A program made the position numbers and the translations under genes. Under the pieces are notes generated by a model. That model did no database searches. It worked only from the letters and a program-made list of their open reading frames with translations, and was not told the DNA's origin. 64,000 bases of DNA, taken from contig CAVWSZ010000008.1 of assembly GCA_963757935.1 (NCBI GenBank), forward strand, positions 119,889 to 183,888, written 5' to 3'. Source of the DNA: an uncultured Bacteroidales bacterium (GTDB lineage: Bacteria > Bacteroidota > Bacteroidia > Bacteroidales > VadinHA17). How positions within the stretch are numbered: position 1 is the stretch's first letter; every line of letters begins with the position of its first letter. This document shows, piece after piece, positions 1 to 10,658 of this stretch.

Positions 1-7
1 AAAAGAC

Positions 8-1285
8 ATGGATAATTTTATTGTTTCCGCCCGCAAATACAGGCCTGCAACATTCGATATGGTAGTCGGACAGGAGACCATTACAACAACCCTGAAGAAC
101 GCAATAAAGAACAACCATCTTGCACAGGCCTATCTTTTCTGCGGGCCCCGCGGCGTGGGCAAGACAACCTGTGCCCGCATATTTGCCAAGACTATCAACT
201 GTGCCAGCCTGGGACCTAACTTTGAAGCATGTGACAAATGTGAGTCGTGCCTCTCTTTCAATTCCCAGGTATCGTTTAATATACACGAGCTCGACGGCGC
301 CTCAAACAACGGCGTCGATGATATCCGCAACCTGACCGACCAGGTGAGAATACCACCGCAGATCGGCAGATACAGTGTCTATATAATCGATGAAGTTCAT
401 ATGCTTTCAGCGTCAGCCTTCAACGCTTTCCTGAAGACCCTGGAGGAACCGCCGCCACACGCCATTTTTATACTTGCCACCACTGAGAAACATAAAATCA
501 TTCCGACCATCCTCTCAAGGTGTCAGATTTTTGATTTCAACCGGATCAACGTCGATGATATAGTCAACAGACTTGTCTGGGTTGCCGGAAATGAAGGAGT
601 CAAGGCAGAACATGAAGCACTGCATGTTATCGCAACAAAGGCTGACGGTGCCCTGCGCGACGCACTTTCAATATTCGACCAGATAGTAAGTTTCAGCGGC
701 AGGGAGATTAAATATGCCGACGTCATCGGGAACCTCAATGTTCTCGACTATGAATACTTCTTTAAAATTGTTGACGCCGCCGTTGTTGGAGATATCCCCG
801 CAGTCCTGATCACTTATAATGAGATACTGAGCAAGGGATTTGACGGTTACAATTTCATGGCGGGACTGAACAATCATCTTCGTGACCTCCTCGTAAGCCG
901 TGATGAGGCCACTGTAAAACTTCTCGAAACCTCTCCGTCTGTAAGGCAGCACTACAGGGAGCAGGCAGTGAAATCATCACTTCCGTTCCTTTACAATGCC
1001 CTTGAGATAGGCTCACAGTGCATGCTAAACTTCAAATCGAGCAAGAATCAGCGGCTGCACGTCGAGCTTGCCCTGTTGCGCATGTGCCAGCTTTCAGGGG
1101 AGACAGTTGAGATACAGTCAAAAAAAAAAGCTGAACAGCCTCTCTCAGGTGAATATGAAGAATTAAAGCCATCCCCTCTGCCTTCACAAGGGACCCCTCT
1201 GACACGGAAACCTCAGCCTCAGCCTCAACCTCAGCCTCAGCCTCAACCTCAACCTCAGTTCTCAGCCTTCAAAACCGACTTCTGA
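8..1285 (+). CDS. dnaX: DNA polymerase III subunit gamma/tau, N-terminal ATPase to domain III plus linker. The frame is broken near 1259.
   Basis: Walker A GPRGVGKTT, Zn module CDKCESC, IIDEVHML, SRCQIFDF. Ends in a (PQ)8 linker then a premature TGA. The C-terminal domain continues in the +1 frame. Confidence 0.9.
   Translation: MDNFIVSARKYRPATFDMVVGQETITTTLKNAIKNNHLAQAYLFCGPRGVGKTTCARIFAKTINCASLGPNFEACDKCESCLSFNSQVSFNIHELDGASNNGVDDIRNLTDQVRIPPQIGRYSVYIIDEVHMLSASAFNAFLKTLEEPPPHAIFILATTEKHKIIPTILSRCQIFDFNRINVDDIVNRLVWVAGNEGVKAEHEALHVIATKADGALRDALSIFDQIVSFSGREIKYADVIGNLNVLDYEYFFKIVDAAVVGDIPAVLITYNEILSKGFDGYNFMAGLNNHLRDLLVSRDEATVKLLETSPSVRQHYREQAVKSSLPFLYNALEIGSQCMLNFKSSKNQRLHVELALLRMCQLSGETVEIQSKKKAEQPLSGEYEELKPSPLPSQGTPLTRKPQPQPQPQPQPQPQPQFSAFKTDF
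1211..1258 (+). repeat. Tandem hexamer microsatellite (CCTCAG/CCTCAA) x8 encoding (PQ)8 inside dnaX
   Basis: Read directly: cctcag cctcag cctcaa cctcag cctcag cctcaa cctcaa cctcag. The same CTCARC unit recurs at 37435..37488. Confidence 0.95.
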
Positions 1286-1316
1286 AGACGGGAAAAAGAT
1301 CTCAATAAAAAACCTT

Positions 1317-1754
1317 ATGGCTGAGGCCAGACCCTCAGCCGGAACTGTCAACGAACCTTCGGAAACTGTAGTCAAACCGGTACCCGACAGCGAGTTCACT
1401 CCTGAGGAATTGCTCGAATCATGGAATTCGTTTGCAAATACTGTTAAAGAGGAGAGTCCCCGTATTTCAATAACACTCTTATCGGTTACCCCCGGAATTC
1501 TTCCGGATAAATCAATCGAACTCAAACTTGATAATTCAGCCCTGAAGGAGACTTTTGACCACAATTACAAGTCAAAACTTGAGAACCATCTCAGGGAATC
1601 GCTCCGGAATGCCGGAATAAAAATTACAACCATTGTCGAATCAACCGAAAGAGGCGACATTCTCTATTCGGTGGACCAGAAGTTCAACCATCTTGCCAGT
1701 AAAAATCCGGCACTTAAGGACCTGAAAAAGACCTTCAATCTCGATTTTGAATGA
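1317..1754 (+). CDS. dnaX: DnaX C-terminal domain fragment. The frame is open upstream to about 1200.
   Basis: It follows the dnaX N-fragment in the +1 frame, which reads ...SSQPSKPTSEDGKKISIKNLMAE upstream of the listed ATG. The size and position fit the tau C-terminal region of Bacteroidetes DnaX. Confidence 0.7.
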   Translation: MAEARPSAGTVNEPSETVVKPVPDSEFTPEELLESWNSFANTVKEESPRISITLLSVTPGILPDKSIELKLDNSALKETFDHNYKSKLENHLRESLRNAGIKITTIVESTERGDILYSVDQKFNHLASKNPALKDLKKTFNLDFE

Positions 1755-1772
1755 TAGAATAACAGTTCTCCC

Positions 1773-2060
1773 GTGAAAAACCCCGGAAAAAGTCTTACGG
1801 AGCCTCAGCAAAGCAGTCAGGGAGACGCTGGAAAGAGCCTGCCAAAGGCTCAGAAACGCGATTCCACAGGCCTGGTTACAGGGGGCATCGCCCATGATTT
1901 AAATACTATCCTGACCCTTATCTATGGCTACAGTGAACTGGCACTCGAGGGACTGGACCCGGCCGGTGAGAATTACGCTAACATTAAGAAGATCATTCAG
2001 TCAGCCGACAGGGCAAAGGCTATTACCGCACAGTTGCTTTGCCCCTGGCACGGAGGCTGA
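1773..2060 (+). CDS. Sensor-less histidine kinase, N-terminal fragment with the HisKA H-box. Frameshift near 2040.
   Basis: GTG start. H-box GGIAHDLNTILTLIYGYSELAL lies only about 35 aa from the N-terminus. Continues in the +1 frame. Confidence 0.8.
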   Translation: MKNPGKSLTEPQQSSQGDAGKSLPKAQKRDSTGLVTGGIAHDLNTILTLIYGYSELALEGLDPAGENYANIKKIIQSADRAKAITAQLLCPWHGG

Positions 2061-2562
2061 ACAGGTGCGAATGAAGGTGCCTGTCAGGGATGTCCTCCGG
2101 GAAACCCTGGAGTTCCTGCGTCCGCTGGTGACAGACAGGATCATTTTCAGGGAAAAGATCCTGACCCCCGAGGTGTATGTATCTGCTGACCCCATTCAGC
2201 TTTACAGGGTGTTTATAAACCTGACCCGCAATGCAATTCAGGCTATGGAAGAAAGTGGCGGAACTCTTACAGTGAAACTGGATACCAGAAAGGGCGTTGA
2301 AGTGAGAAACCTTCCGGAAGGCAAACAGGCGGCCGGTGCATATGCACTTATCTGTTTTGAAGATACGGGTCACGGCATGGATGAGACAACTACCGCCAGG
2401 ATGTTTGAACCTTTCTTCACTGCAGGGAACCAAAACAGGGGCACAGGCCTCGGTCTTTCAGTAGTTTACGGCATTATCTCCGCGATTGGCGGAACAATAA
2501 GCGTGACAACGAAAAAGGGCAGGGGAACTGTAATAGAGCTTCTCATCCCATCTCTTTGCTGA
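1924..2562 (+). CDS. Histidine kinase, C-terminal HATPase_c fragment. Homology starts near 2040.
   Basis: N-box NLTRNAIQAM, G1 FEDTGHGMD, G2 GTGLGLSVVYGII. Confidence 0.85.
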   Translation: MATVNWHSRDWTRPVRITLTLRRSFSQPTGQRLLPHSCFAPGTEAEQVRMKVPVRDVLRETLEFLRPLVTDRIIFREKILTPEVYVSADPIQLYRVFINLTRNAIQAMEESGGTLTVKLDTRKGVEVRNLPEGKQAAGAYALICFEDTGHGMDETTTARMFEPFFTAGNQNRGTGLGLSVVYGIISAIGGTISVTTKKGRGTVIELLIPSLC

Positions 2563-2634
2563 TTTCTGACTCAGGTGTTTTGATGAACAGCGAAAAAGAG
2601 TTACCTTCGGGAATTATAAAAGACAAAACAGAGG

Positions 2635-3000
2635 ATGCCCGGAGTAATGATAGTTGAGGATGATCTTTCTCTCAGGGAGTTGCTCAGGGAAGCCCTGGAG
2701 AAGAGAAAGTATACAGTTATCACTGCCTCGGATGGCAGGGAGGCAATGCTTAAGTTCCGACCTTCCGTTATTGATCTTGTGATTACTGATCTTTTGATGC
2801 CTGAAGAAGACGGTCTCAGTGTCATTATGAACATCAGGAAGATCAAGCCGGAAACAAAAATCATCGCAATCAGCGGAGGTGGAAAAGCAGGCCCGGGAAG
2901 CTATCTCAACATAGCTAAAACCCTGGGAGCCGATCAGGTTTTCTCCAAACCCTTTCTTCCCTCAGAACTTGTGCAGAAAGTCAGGGAGATGTTGGGTTAA
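2635..3000 (+). CDS. Single-domain response regulator (CheY-like receiver only)
   Basis: MIVEDD, DLVITDLLMPEEDG (phospho-acceptor Asp), AISGG, FSKPF. 121 aa with no output domain. Confidence 0.85.
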   Translation: MPGVMIVEDDLSLRELLREALEKRKYTVITASDGREAMLKFRPSVIDLVITDLLMPEEDGLSVIMNIRKIKPETKIIAISGGGKAGPGSYLNIAKTLGADQVFSKPFLPSELVQKVREMLG

Positions 3001-3062
3001 ACTTTTAACCGGTGAACTTGTTGCGTATATAAAGAAAGATTAACCATTAAATACAGAATCAT

Positions 3063-3338
3063 ATGCTTACAAAAAACGTTGAAGCAATCTGCAACAGGCA
3101 GATCGAAAGAGAAGGATACTCATCAAACCTGTACCTCGCAATGGCATCATGGGCAGAGAACAAAGGCCTTCCGGGCATTGCAGACTGGCTGTACGCCCAG
3201 GCTGAAGAAGAAAAAATGCACATGCTCAAGTTCATAAAATATGTAAATGAAAGAGGAGGCCATGCAGTTATTCCGGCTTTTGAAAAACCGCCTTTAAAGT
3301 TTAAGGGTGCAGAAGAGATGTTCGCGGAGGTGTCTTAA
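3063..3338 (+). CDS. ftnA: Ferritin, N-terminal fragment. +1 insertion near 3333.
   Basis: QIEREGYSSNLYLAMASW...EEEKMHMLKF ferroxidase-centre helices. Confidence 0.85.
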   Translation: MLTKNVEAICNRQIEREGYSSNLYLAMASWAENKGLPGIADWLYAQAEEEKMHMLKFIKYVNERGGHAVIPAFEKPPLKFKGAEEMFAEVS

Positions 3339-3573
3339 ACACGAGCAGTTTGTCAGTGCCAGCATAAATGAGGTTCTGGCAGCTGCGATGAAGGAAAATG
3401 ATTTTTCAACCGCAAACTGGGTACAGTGGTTTGTCACTGAACAGATTGAGGAAGAATCCAATGTACGCCTTATCCTTGATAAGATCGCTCTTGCCGGAGC
3501 AGCCGGGCTATATTTCCTTGACAGGGATATTATGGGCCTCAGGGCAGCACCTGCAGCACCTGCACAGGCATAG
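3307..3573 (+). CDS. ftnA: Ferritin, C-terminal fragment
   Basis: LKHEQFVSASINEVL...FVTEQIEEE continues the four-helix bundle in the +1 frame. Confidence 0.85.
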   Translation: MQKRCSRRCLKHEQFVSASINEVLAAAMKENDFSTANWVQWFVTEQIEEESNVRLILDKIALAGAAGLYFLDRDIMGLRAAPAAPAQA

Positions 3574-3596
3574 AATTACAGATCATAACCATTCGG

Positions 3597-3636
3597 AAAT
3601 GGCATACCCGCATCACAGGTATGCCATTTTATATTT
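3597..3636 (+). terminator. Rho-independent terminator after ferritin
   Basis: 12-bp perfect stem aaatggcatacc / ggtatgccattt with a 9-nt loop, followed by a T-rich tail. Confidence 0.75.
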
Positions 3637-3710
3637 GTCAGTGAGTCGTTACAGGCGCTGCAAATTAGATACGGTAGCGACTACTGTAAGCGCTGATCCG
3701 GAAAATTCAT

Positions 3711-3718
3711 TAATTTTG
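3711..3718 (+). promoter_or_regulatory. Bacteroidetes-type -7 promoter box (TAATTTTG) for secA
   Basis: Matches the TAnnTTTG consensus, 28 nt upstream of the secA ATG. Confidence 0.4.
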
Positions 3719-3745
3719 CGTGGTATTTTTTAAAATTAGCATTCA

Positions 3746-3970
3746 ATGAGCATTGTCAATAAGGTCCTGGGGCTGTTTCTCGGTAACAAGTATGAACGTG
3801 ACCTGAGCGAGGTGGAACCCTTTGTCGGGAAAATAAGGGAGGAATCAGTAAAACTGGCTTCACTGTCAAATGACCAGCTGAGAGACCTCACGGCAACACT
3901 GAAAAAGGAGATCACCGGAGTCATTCTCCCAGGAGGAGGAGGAGATCCGCGCTCTGAAAACCACAGCTGA
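3746..3970 (+). CDS. secA: Preprotein translocase SecA, fragment 1 of 6 large pieces. +1 insertion near 3929.
   Basis: [20 protein letters not shown] is a typical Bacteroidetes SecA N-terminus. Confidence 0.9.
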   Translation: MSIVNKVLGLFLGNKYERDLSEVEPFVGKIREESVKLASLSNDQLRDLTATLKKEITGVILPGGGGDPRSENHS

Positions 3971-4067
3971 GAACGAAGAAGATGTCAACGCCAAGGAAGA
4001 AATATATAACCGGATAGACAAGATCGATAAGGAGATCCTCGAAAAGCTCGAAAAGAAACTTGACGAA

Positions 4068-5102
4068 GTGCTGCCCCGTGCCTTCGCAATAGTAAAGGAA
4101 ACCGCACGCCGGTTCAAGGAAAATGACGTTCTTGAGGTTACTGCCAGGCAGTTTGACAGGGACCTTGCAGCTACACGTACTTCAATTACAGTTGAAGGTG
4201 ATAAGGCATACTGGAAAAACCGCTGGATAGCAGGAGGAAATGAAATCCTCTGGGATATGGTTCATTATGATGTACAGCTTATCGGTGGAGTAGCCCTTCA
4301 CAAGGGTAAGATTTCAGAGATGGCCACAGGTGAAGGCAAGACCCTCGTAGCCACTCTGCCTGTGTTCCTGAATGCCCTGGCGGGAAGGGGAGTACATATA
4401 GTTACTGTCAATGATTATCTCTCGAAGCGCGACTCAGAATGGATGGGCCCCCTCTATGAATTCCACGGTCTTTCGGTTGACTGCATCGACAAACACGAGC
4501 CTAACTCAACAGCAAGACGCAAAGCCTATAACTCGGATATAACCTTCGGAACCAATAATGAGTTCGGCTTCGATTATCTCCGTGACAACATGGCACTCAA
4601 TCCTGAAGACCTGGTGCAGAGGAAACACCATTATGCAATTGTTGACGAGGTCGACTCGGTACTTATTGATGACGCCAGAACGCCACTCATAATTTCAGGC
4701 CCGACAGCCAAGAATGATACTTCCCAGTTTGATGAGTATAAACACAAGGTGGAATTGCTTGTCAGTGCTCAGAAAAAGCTTGTTACACAGCTTCTTGCAG
4801 ATGCCAAGCGACTTATCACCGAAGGCAAGAATGAAGAAGGCGGACTGCTGCTCCTGAAAGTCTACAAGGGGCTTCCGAGGAATAATGCCCTCATCAAATT
4901 CCTGAGTGAGGAAGGTGTCAGAACCCTTCTTCAGAAGACCGAGAACTTCTATATGCAGAACAACTCGAAAGAGATGCCCAAGGTTACAGAGCAGCTCTAT
5001 TTCGTGATTGATGAAAAAGCAAATTCGATTGAGCTCACAGAAAAGGGTCTGGACCTTATTTCCACATCTGTTGAGGATGCAAGCTTCTTCGTGCTTCCCT
5101 GA
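4068..5102 (+). CDS. secA: SecA fragment 2 (NBD1 and preprotein cross-linking domain). The frame is open upstream to about 3935.
   Basis: [14 protein letters not shown] Walker A and [20 protein letters not shown]. Confidence 0.93.
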   Translation: MLPRAFAIVKETARRFKENDVLEVTARQFDRDLAATRTSITVEGDKAYWKNRWIAGGNEILWDMVHYDVQLIGGVALHKGKISEMATGEGKTLVATLPVFLNALAGRGVHIVTVNDYLSKRDSEWMGPLYEFHGLSVDCIDKHEPNSTARRKAYNSDITFGTNNEFGFDYLRDNMALNPEDLVQRKHHYAIVDEVDSVLIDDARTPLIISGPTAKNDTSQFDEYKHKVELLVSAQKKLVTQLLADAKRLITEGKNEEGGLLLLKVYKGLPRNNALIKFLSEEGVRTLLQKTENFYMQNNSKEMPKVTEQLYFVIDEKANSIELTEKGLDLISTSVEDASFFVLP

Positions 5103-5228
5103 TGTCGGCAGCAAGATTGCTGATATTGAAAAGAGTACCGGATGACGAAATGGCAAAGCTGCGTGCAAAGGATGAACTGCTGCAGGATTTCGCCATTAAG
5201 TCGGAAAGGGTGCATACGATGACCCAGC

Positions 5229-5909
5229 TTGCTGAAGGCATACACACTTTTCGAGATTGACATCGAATATGTTGTAATGGACAACAAGGTGAAGATCGTG
5301 GACGAACAGACAGGCCGTATACTGGAAGGCCGCCGCTATTCCGACGGTTTGCACCAGGCAATCGAGGCCAAGGAAAACGTCAAGGTGGAGGCTGCAACGC
5401 AGACCTATGCGACGATAACCCTTCAGAACTATTTCAGGATGTACCACAAGCTTGCCGGGATGACTGGTACAGCAATTACGGAAGCCGGGGAGCTATGGAA
5501 TATTTACAAGCTTGATGTGGTGGTAATACCCACAAACGTGAAGGTTATCAGGAATGACCACGAGGACCTTGTCTACAAGACCAAGCGTGAGAAGTACAAT
5601 GCCGTAATCGATGAGATATTGAATCTGAACAAGCAGGGGAGACCTGTGCTGGTTGGTACTACATCAGTCGAGATATCCGAGCTTCTCAGCCGGATGCTCA
5701 AAATGAAGGGTCTTAAACATAACGTGTTGAATGCCAAGCTTCACCAGCGTGAGGCTGATATAGTTCTTGAGGCCGGAAAGACCGGAACAATTACAATAGC
5801 CACAAACATGGCGGGTAGGGGTACTGACATAAAGCTCACACCTGAAGTCCGTGCCGCAGGCGGACTGGCAATCATTGGCACGGAACGCCATGAATCGACG
5901 GCGCGTTGA
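5229..5909 (+). CDS. secA: SecA fragment 3 (NBD2). Two short intervening frame pieces lie at 5101..5145 and 5141..5259.
   Basis: [34 protein letters not shown]. Confidence 0.93.
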   Translation: MLKAYTLFEIDIEYVVMDNKVKIVDEQTGRILEGRRYSDGLHQAIEAKENVKVEAATQTYATITLQNYFRMYHKLAGMTGTAITEAGELWNIYKLDVVVIPTNVKVIRNDHEDLVYKTKREKYNAVIDEILNLNKQGRPVLVGTTSVEISELLSRMLKMKGLKHNVLNAKLHQREADIVLEAGKTGTITIATNMAGRGTDIKLTPEVRAAGGLAIIGTERHESTAR

Positions 5910-6636
5910 CAGGCAGCTGAGAGGACGTGCAGGACGCCAGGGTGACCCAGGCTCGTCACAGTTCTTCGTTTCGCTCGAGGATGACCTCATGCGCCTCTTC
6001 GGTTCGGAACGGATCTCCGGCATTATGGACCGGCTGGGCCTTAAAGACGGCGAGATGATTCAGCACTCGATGATCACCAAATCCATTGAAAGGGCTCAGA
6101 AAAAGGTCGAGGAGAACAACTTCGGCATACGCAAGAGACTCCTTGAATATGACGATGTCATGAACTCACAGAGGGAGGTCATCTACAGCAAGCGCCGGCA
6201 TGCTCTTCTCGGCGAGAGGCTCAGTGTGGACATTGCCAACATGATGTATGATGTTACTGACGATATTGTCAGCAAGACCAAAGACAGCGGTGATTTTGAA
6301 GAGTTTCAGTTTGACCTGATACGCTCACTGTCAATAGACTCACCGTTGCAAAAGCAGGAGTTCAACAAGCAGGAGGCCTCAGAAGTTACGGAAACTGTTT
6401 TCGCCAAGGTGACTGATGCATACCGCCGCAAGGCTGAAACCATTTCTGCAACTGCACTTCCGGTACTGAAGGATGTTTACGAGCGGATGTCAGCTACCTA
6501 TGAAAATGTGGTTGTCCCTATCACTGACGGGGCAAGGACATATAATGTGATCACGAACCTTAAGGCTTCTGTCGAGTCGGAGGGTAAAGAGCTGTCGCGC
6601 GCATTTGAAAAGACAGCGGTGCTTGCTCACTATTGA
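5851..6636 (+). CDS. secA: SecA fragment 4 (helical scaffold domain)
   Basis: [34 protein letters not shown]. Confidence 0.93.
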   Translation: MPQADWQSLARNAMNRRRVDRQLRGRAGRQGDPGSSQFFVSLEDDLMRLFGSERISGIMDRLGLKDGEMIQHSMITKSIERAQKKVEENNFGIRKRLLEYDDVMNSQREVIYSKRRHALLGERLSVDIANMMYDVTDDIVSKTKDSGDFEEFQFDLIRSLSIDSPLQKQEFNKQEASEVTETVFAKVTDAYRRKAETISATALPVLKDVYERMSATYENVVVPITDGARTYNVITNLKASVESEGKELSRAFEKTAVLAHY

Positions 6637-6868
6637 TGATGCCTGGAGAGAACACCTTCGTGAAATGGATGACCTGAAACAGTCTGTTCAGAATGCCACC
6701 TACGAACAGAAAGACCCGCTGCTGATTTATAAATTCGAGTCGTTCGAGCTGTTCAAGACAATGATAAACAAGGTGAACCACGATGTAGTTAGCCTGCTGA
6801 TGAAGGGAACAATTCCCGTGACCTCTCCGGATCAATGTCCGCGAGGCACAGCGAAGGAGACAGGCTGA
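6605..6868 (+). CDS. secA: SecA fragment 5
   Basis: [41 protein letters not shown]. Confidence 0.9.
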   Translation: MKRQRCLLTIDDAWREHLREMDDLKQSVQNATYEQKDPLLIYKFESFELFKTMINKVNHDVVSLLMKGTIPVTSPDQCPRGTAKETG

Positions 6869-6869
6869 C

Positions 6870-7079
6870 ATGAGCCGTCTGCGTACCCAGAAGAGCGAGG
6901 TGGATTCGTTTGGCGGAGGCACCGGGGGAGGCACACCTGAAAAAAAACAGCAGCAGACCACTCCGGTAAGGGTTGACAAAAAGGTCGGAAGGAATGATCC
7001 GTGTCCCTGCGGAAGCGGGAAGAAGTATAAACACTGCCACGGACAGGGTCTCGCTGATTCACCCGGCGCCGGGGTCTGA
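6870..7079 (+). CDS. secA: SecA fragment 6 (C-terminal zinc-binding tail)
   Basis: [19 protein letters not shown] is the canonical SecA C-terminal Zn motif. Confidence 0.9.
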   Translation: MSRLRTQKSEVDSFGGGTGGGTPEKKQQQTTPVRVDKKVGRNDPCPCGSGKKYKHCHGQGLADSPGAGV

Positions 7080-7085
7080 TAAACC

Positions 7086-7973
7086 TCAGGCACCGCTGCC
7101 GAAAGCTTCCATAGCCTTTATTATGTGCGATTGCACTGACCTGTTGACAGGCACCAGCGGCAGTCTCAGGATATTCTGACAGAGGTTCATGCTGCTCATT
7201 ATGGCTTTGATACCGCCGGGATTTCCGTCAGCAAAAAGAAGCCCTATAATCTCCAGGTACCTGAATTGTATTTCCCTGGCAATTTTAAAGTTATGTTTAA
7301 GAGCCTGGTTTACCATCTCTGACCAGTCAGCCGGATAAGCATTGGCAAGGACGGAAATAACCCCGGCACCGCCGGCAGCAATTACAGGAAGGACATCCAT
7401 ATCATTGCCGCTGATGACAAGAAAATTCTCCGGCTTGTCTCTGAGTATCTTCATTATATTCTCAAAATTGCCGGAGGCCTCTTTGATCCCGATAATATTT
7501 TCACAGTCCCGTGCAAGCTCCAGCACAGTTTCAGGTGCCAGGCCCCCGCAGGTCCGTGAAGGTACGTTGTACAACATGACCGGTACAGGACTCGCGGCGG
7601 CAATCTGTCTGTAATGCTGGTAAAGTCCCCGCTGGCTGGGCCTTGTGTAATAGGGAGACACTGAAAGGATTGCATCAACACCTTCAAAATCAGCCTGCCT
7701 GATGTAACTGACCAGTTCAGAGGTGTTGTTTCCCCCGATACCAACAACGACCGGCACCCTCTTATTCACTGTTTCTGTTACAAATGATGTCAGTGCACAC
7801 TTTTCATCCCTGTTCAGAGTAGAGGATTCACCTGTGGTGCCCATTATAACTATATAATTCACACCTCCGGAAATGAGATGCTCCACAATGCGCCCCATGG
7901 CCGCAAAATCCAGGCTGTGATCGTTCTTAAAAGGCGTCACTACCGCAACACCCGTCCCTTTGAATTTCTTCAT
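7086..7973 (-). CDS. dapA: 4-hydroxy-tetrahydrodipicolinate synthase
   Basis: GTGVAVVTPF, GTTGESSTL, SPYYTRP, IGIKEASGN. 295 aa, intact. Confidence 0.92.
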   Translation of the reverse strand: MKKFKGTGVAVVTPFKNDHSLDFAAMGRIVEHLISGGVNYIVIMGTTGESSTLNRDEKCALTSFVTETVNKRVPVVVGIGGNNTSELVSYIRQADFEGVDAILSVSPYYTRPSQRGLYQHYRQIAAASPVPVMLYNVPSRTCGGLAPETVLELARDCENIIGIKEASGNFENIMKILRDKPENFLVISGNDMDVLPVIAAGGAGVISVLANAYPADWSEMVNQALKHNFKIAREIQFRYLEIIGLLFADGNPGGIKAIMSSMNLCQNILRLPLVPVNRSVQSHIIKAMEAFGSGA

Positions 7974-8010
7974 TTACTCAGTTTTCAATTATTATGAGTT
8001 GCCTTAACAC

Positions 8011-8577
8011 TCAGGCCCTTTTTTCAGGACCGCCGATCATTGTCAGATAATGAAGTACCTGTTCAAGAAAATGAGCCGTTTTAAACGGACTCCCTGCCTG
8101 GATCATCAGGTCATAGGGCTCATTTTCAGGCTCTTTGGAATCATCGGGCCCTGCTTTCATAGGCGACGGTGAAACCGTGGCAATGTATGATAGCGGAAAA
8201 ACGCGTTGGGGATTTATCCCTATGAGCAGGTCGAATTTTTTCTCCGCAAACAACCTGAAGTCTTCAGATTTTGGGATGAAGAACAGGTTCAGGTCCGTCT
8301 GTTTCAGAAATTTCATATATGTCAGACCCGTTAATCTGTCAGGGACGGTTTTACCGGGTATCCAGGCAAGGACCTCCACAGTCTTGCCAAGCTCCGTCAT
8401 CCGGCGTCCCATTGCTGCAATATGCTGCAGATCTTCTTCATTTGAGGCGTCCCACAGAATTCCGATGCTTTTTGTCCTGTCGAAATCGAATCCGGGCTTG
8501 ATCCTACTGACAGATGATGCCCGCCTGCGAAGGATCGCACGCCCTATGTTTTGCCTGATTGTGCCTAACAGTTCCAT
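8011..8577 (-). CDS. Hypothetical protein
   Basis: Intact 188-aa ORF between dapA and ligA on the same strand. No motif I can name. Confidence 0.5.
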   Translation of the reverse strand: MELLGTIRQNIGRAILRRRASSVSRIKPGFDFDRTKSIGILWDASNEEDLQHIAAMGRRMTELGKTVEVLAWIPGKTVPDRLTGLTYMKFLKQTDLNLFFIPKSEDFRLFAEKKFDLLIGINPQRVFPLSYIATVSPSPMKAGPDDSKEPENEPYDLMIQAGSPFKTAHFLEQVLHYLTMIGGPEKRA

Positions 8578-8624
8578 TGTGAATGCAAACCTATGTTTTT
8601 TTTGTTTTCATAAACACTCACTGA

Positions 8625-10638
<2,014 letters not shown>

Positions 10639-10658
10639 TTATTGGTTAAAGTAATATG

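Noticed and set aside
4695-6023. Long antisense ORFs inside secA, with similar cases inside nuoL/nuoM, ptb and the FAD oxidase gene.
   Set aside because: They are antisense to strongly supported conserved genes and have low-complexity composition. They are typical shadow ORFs.
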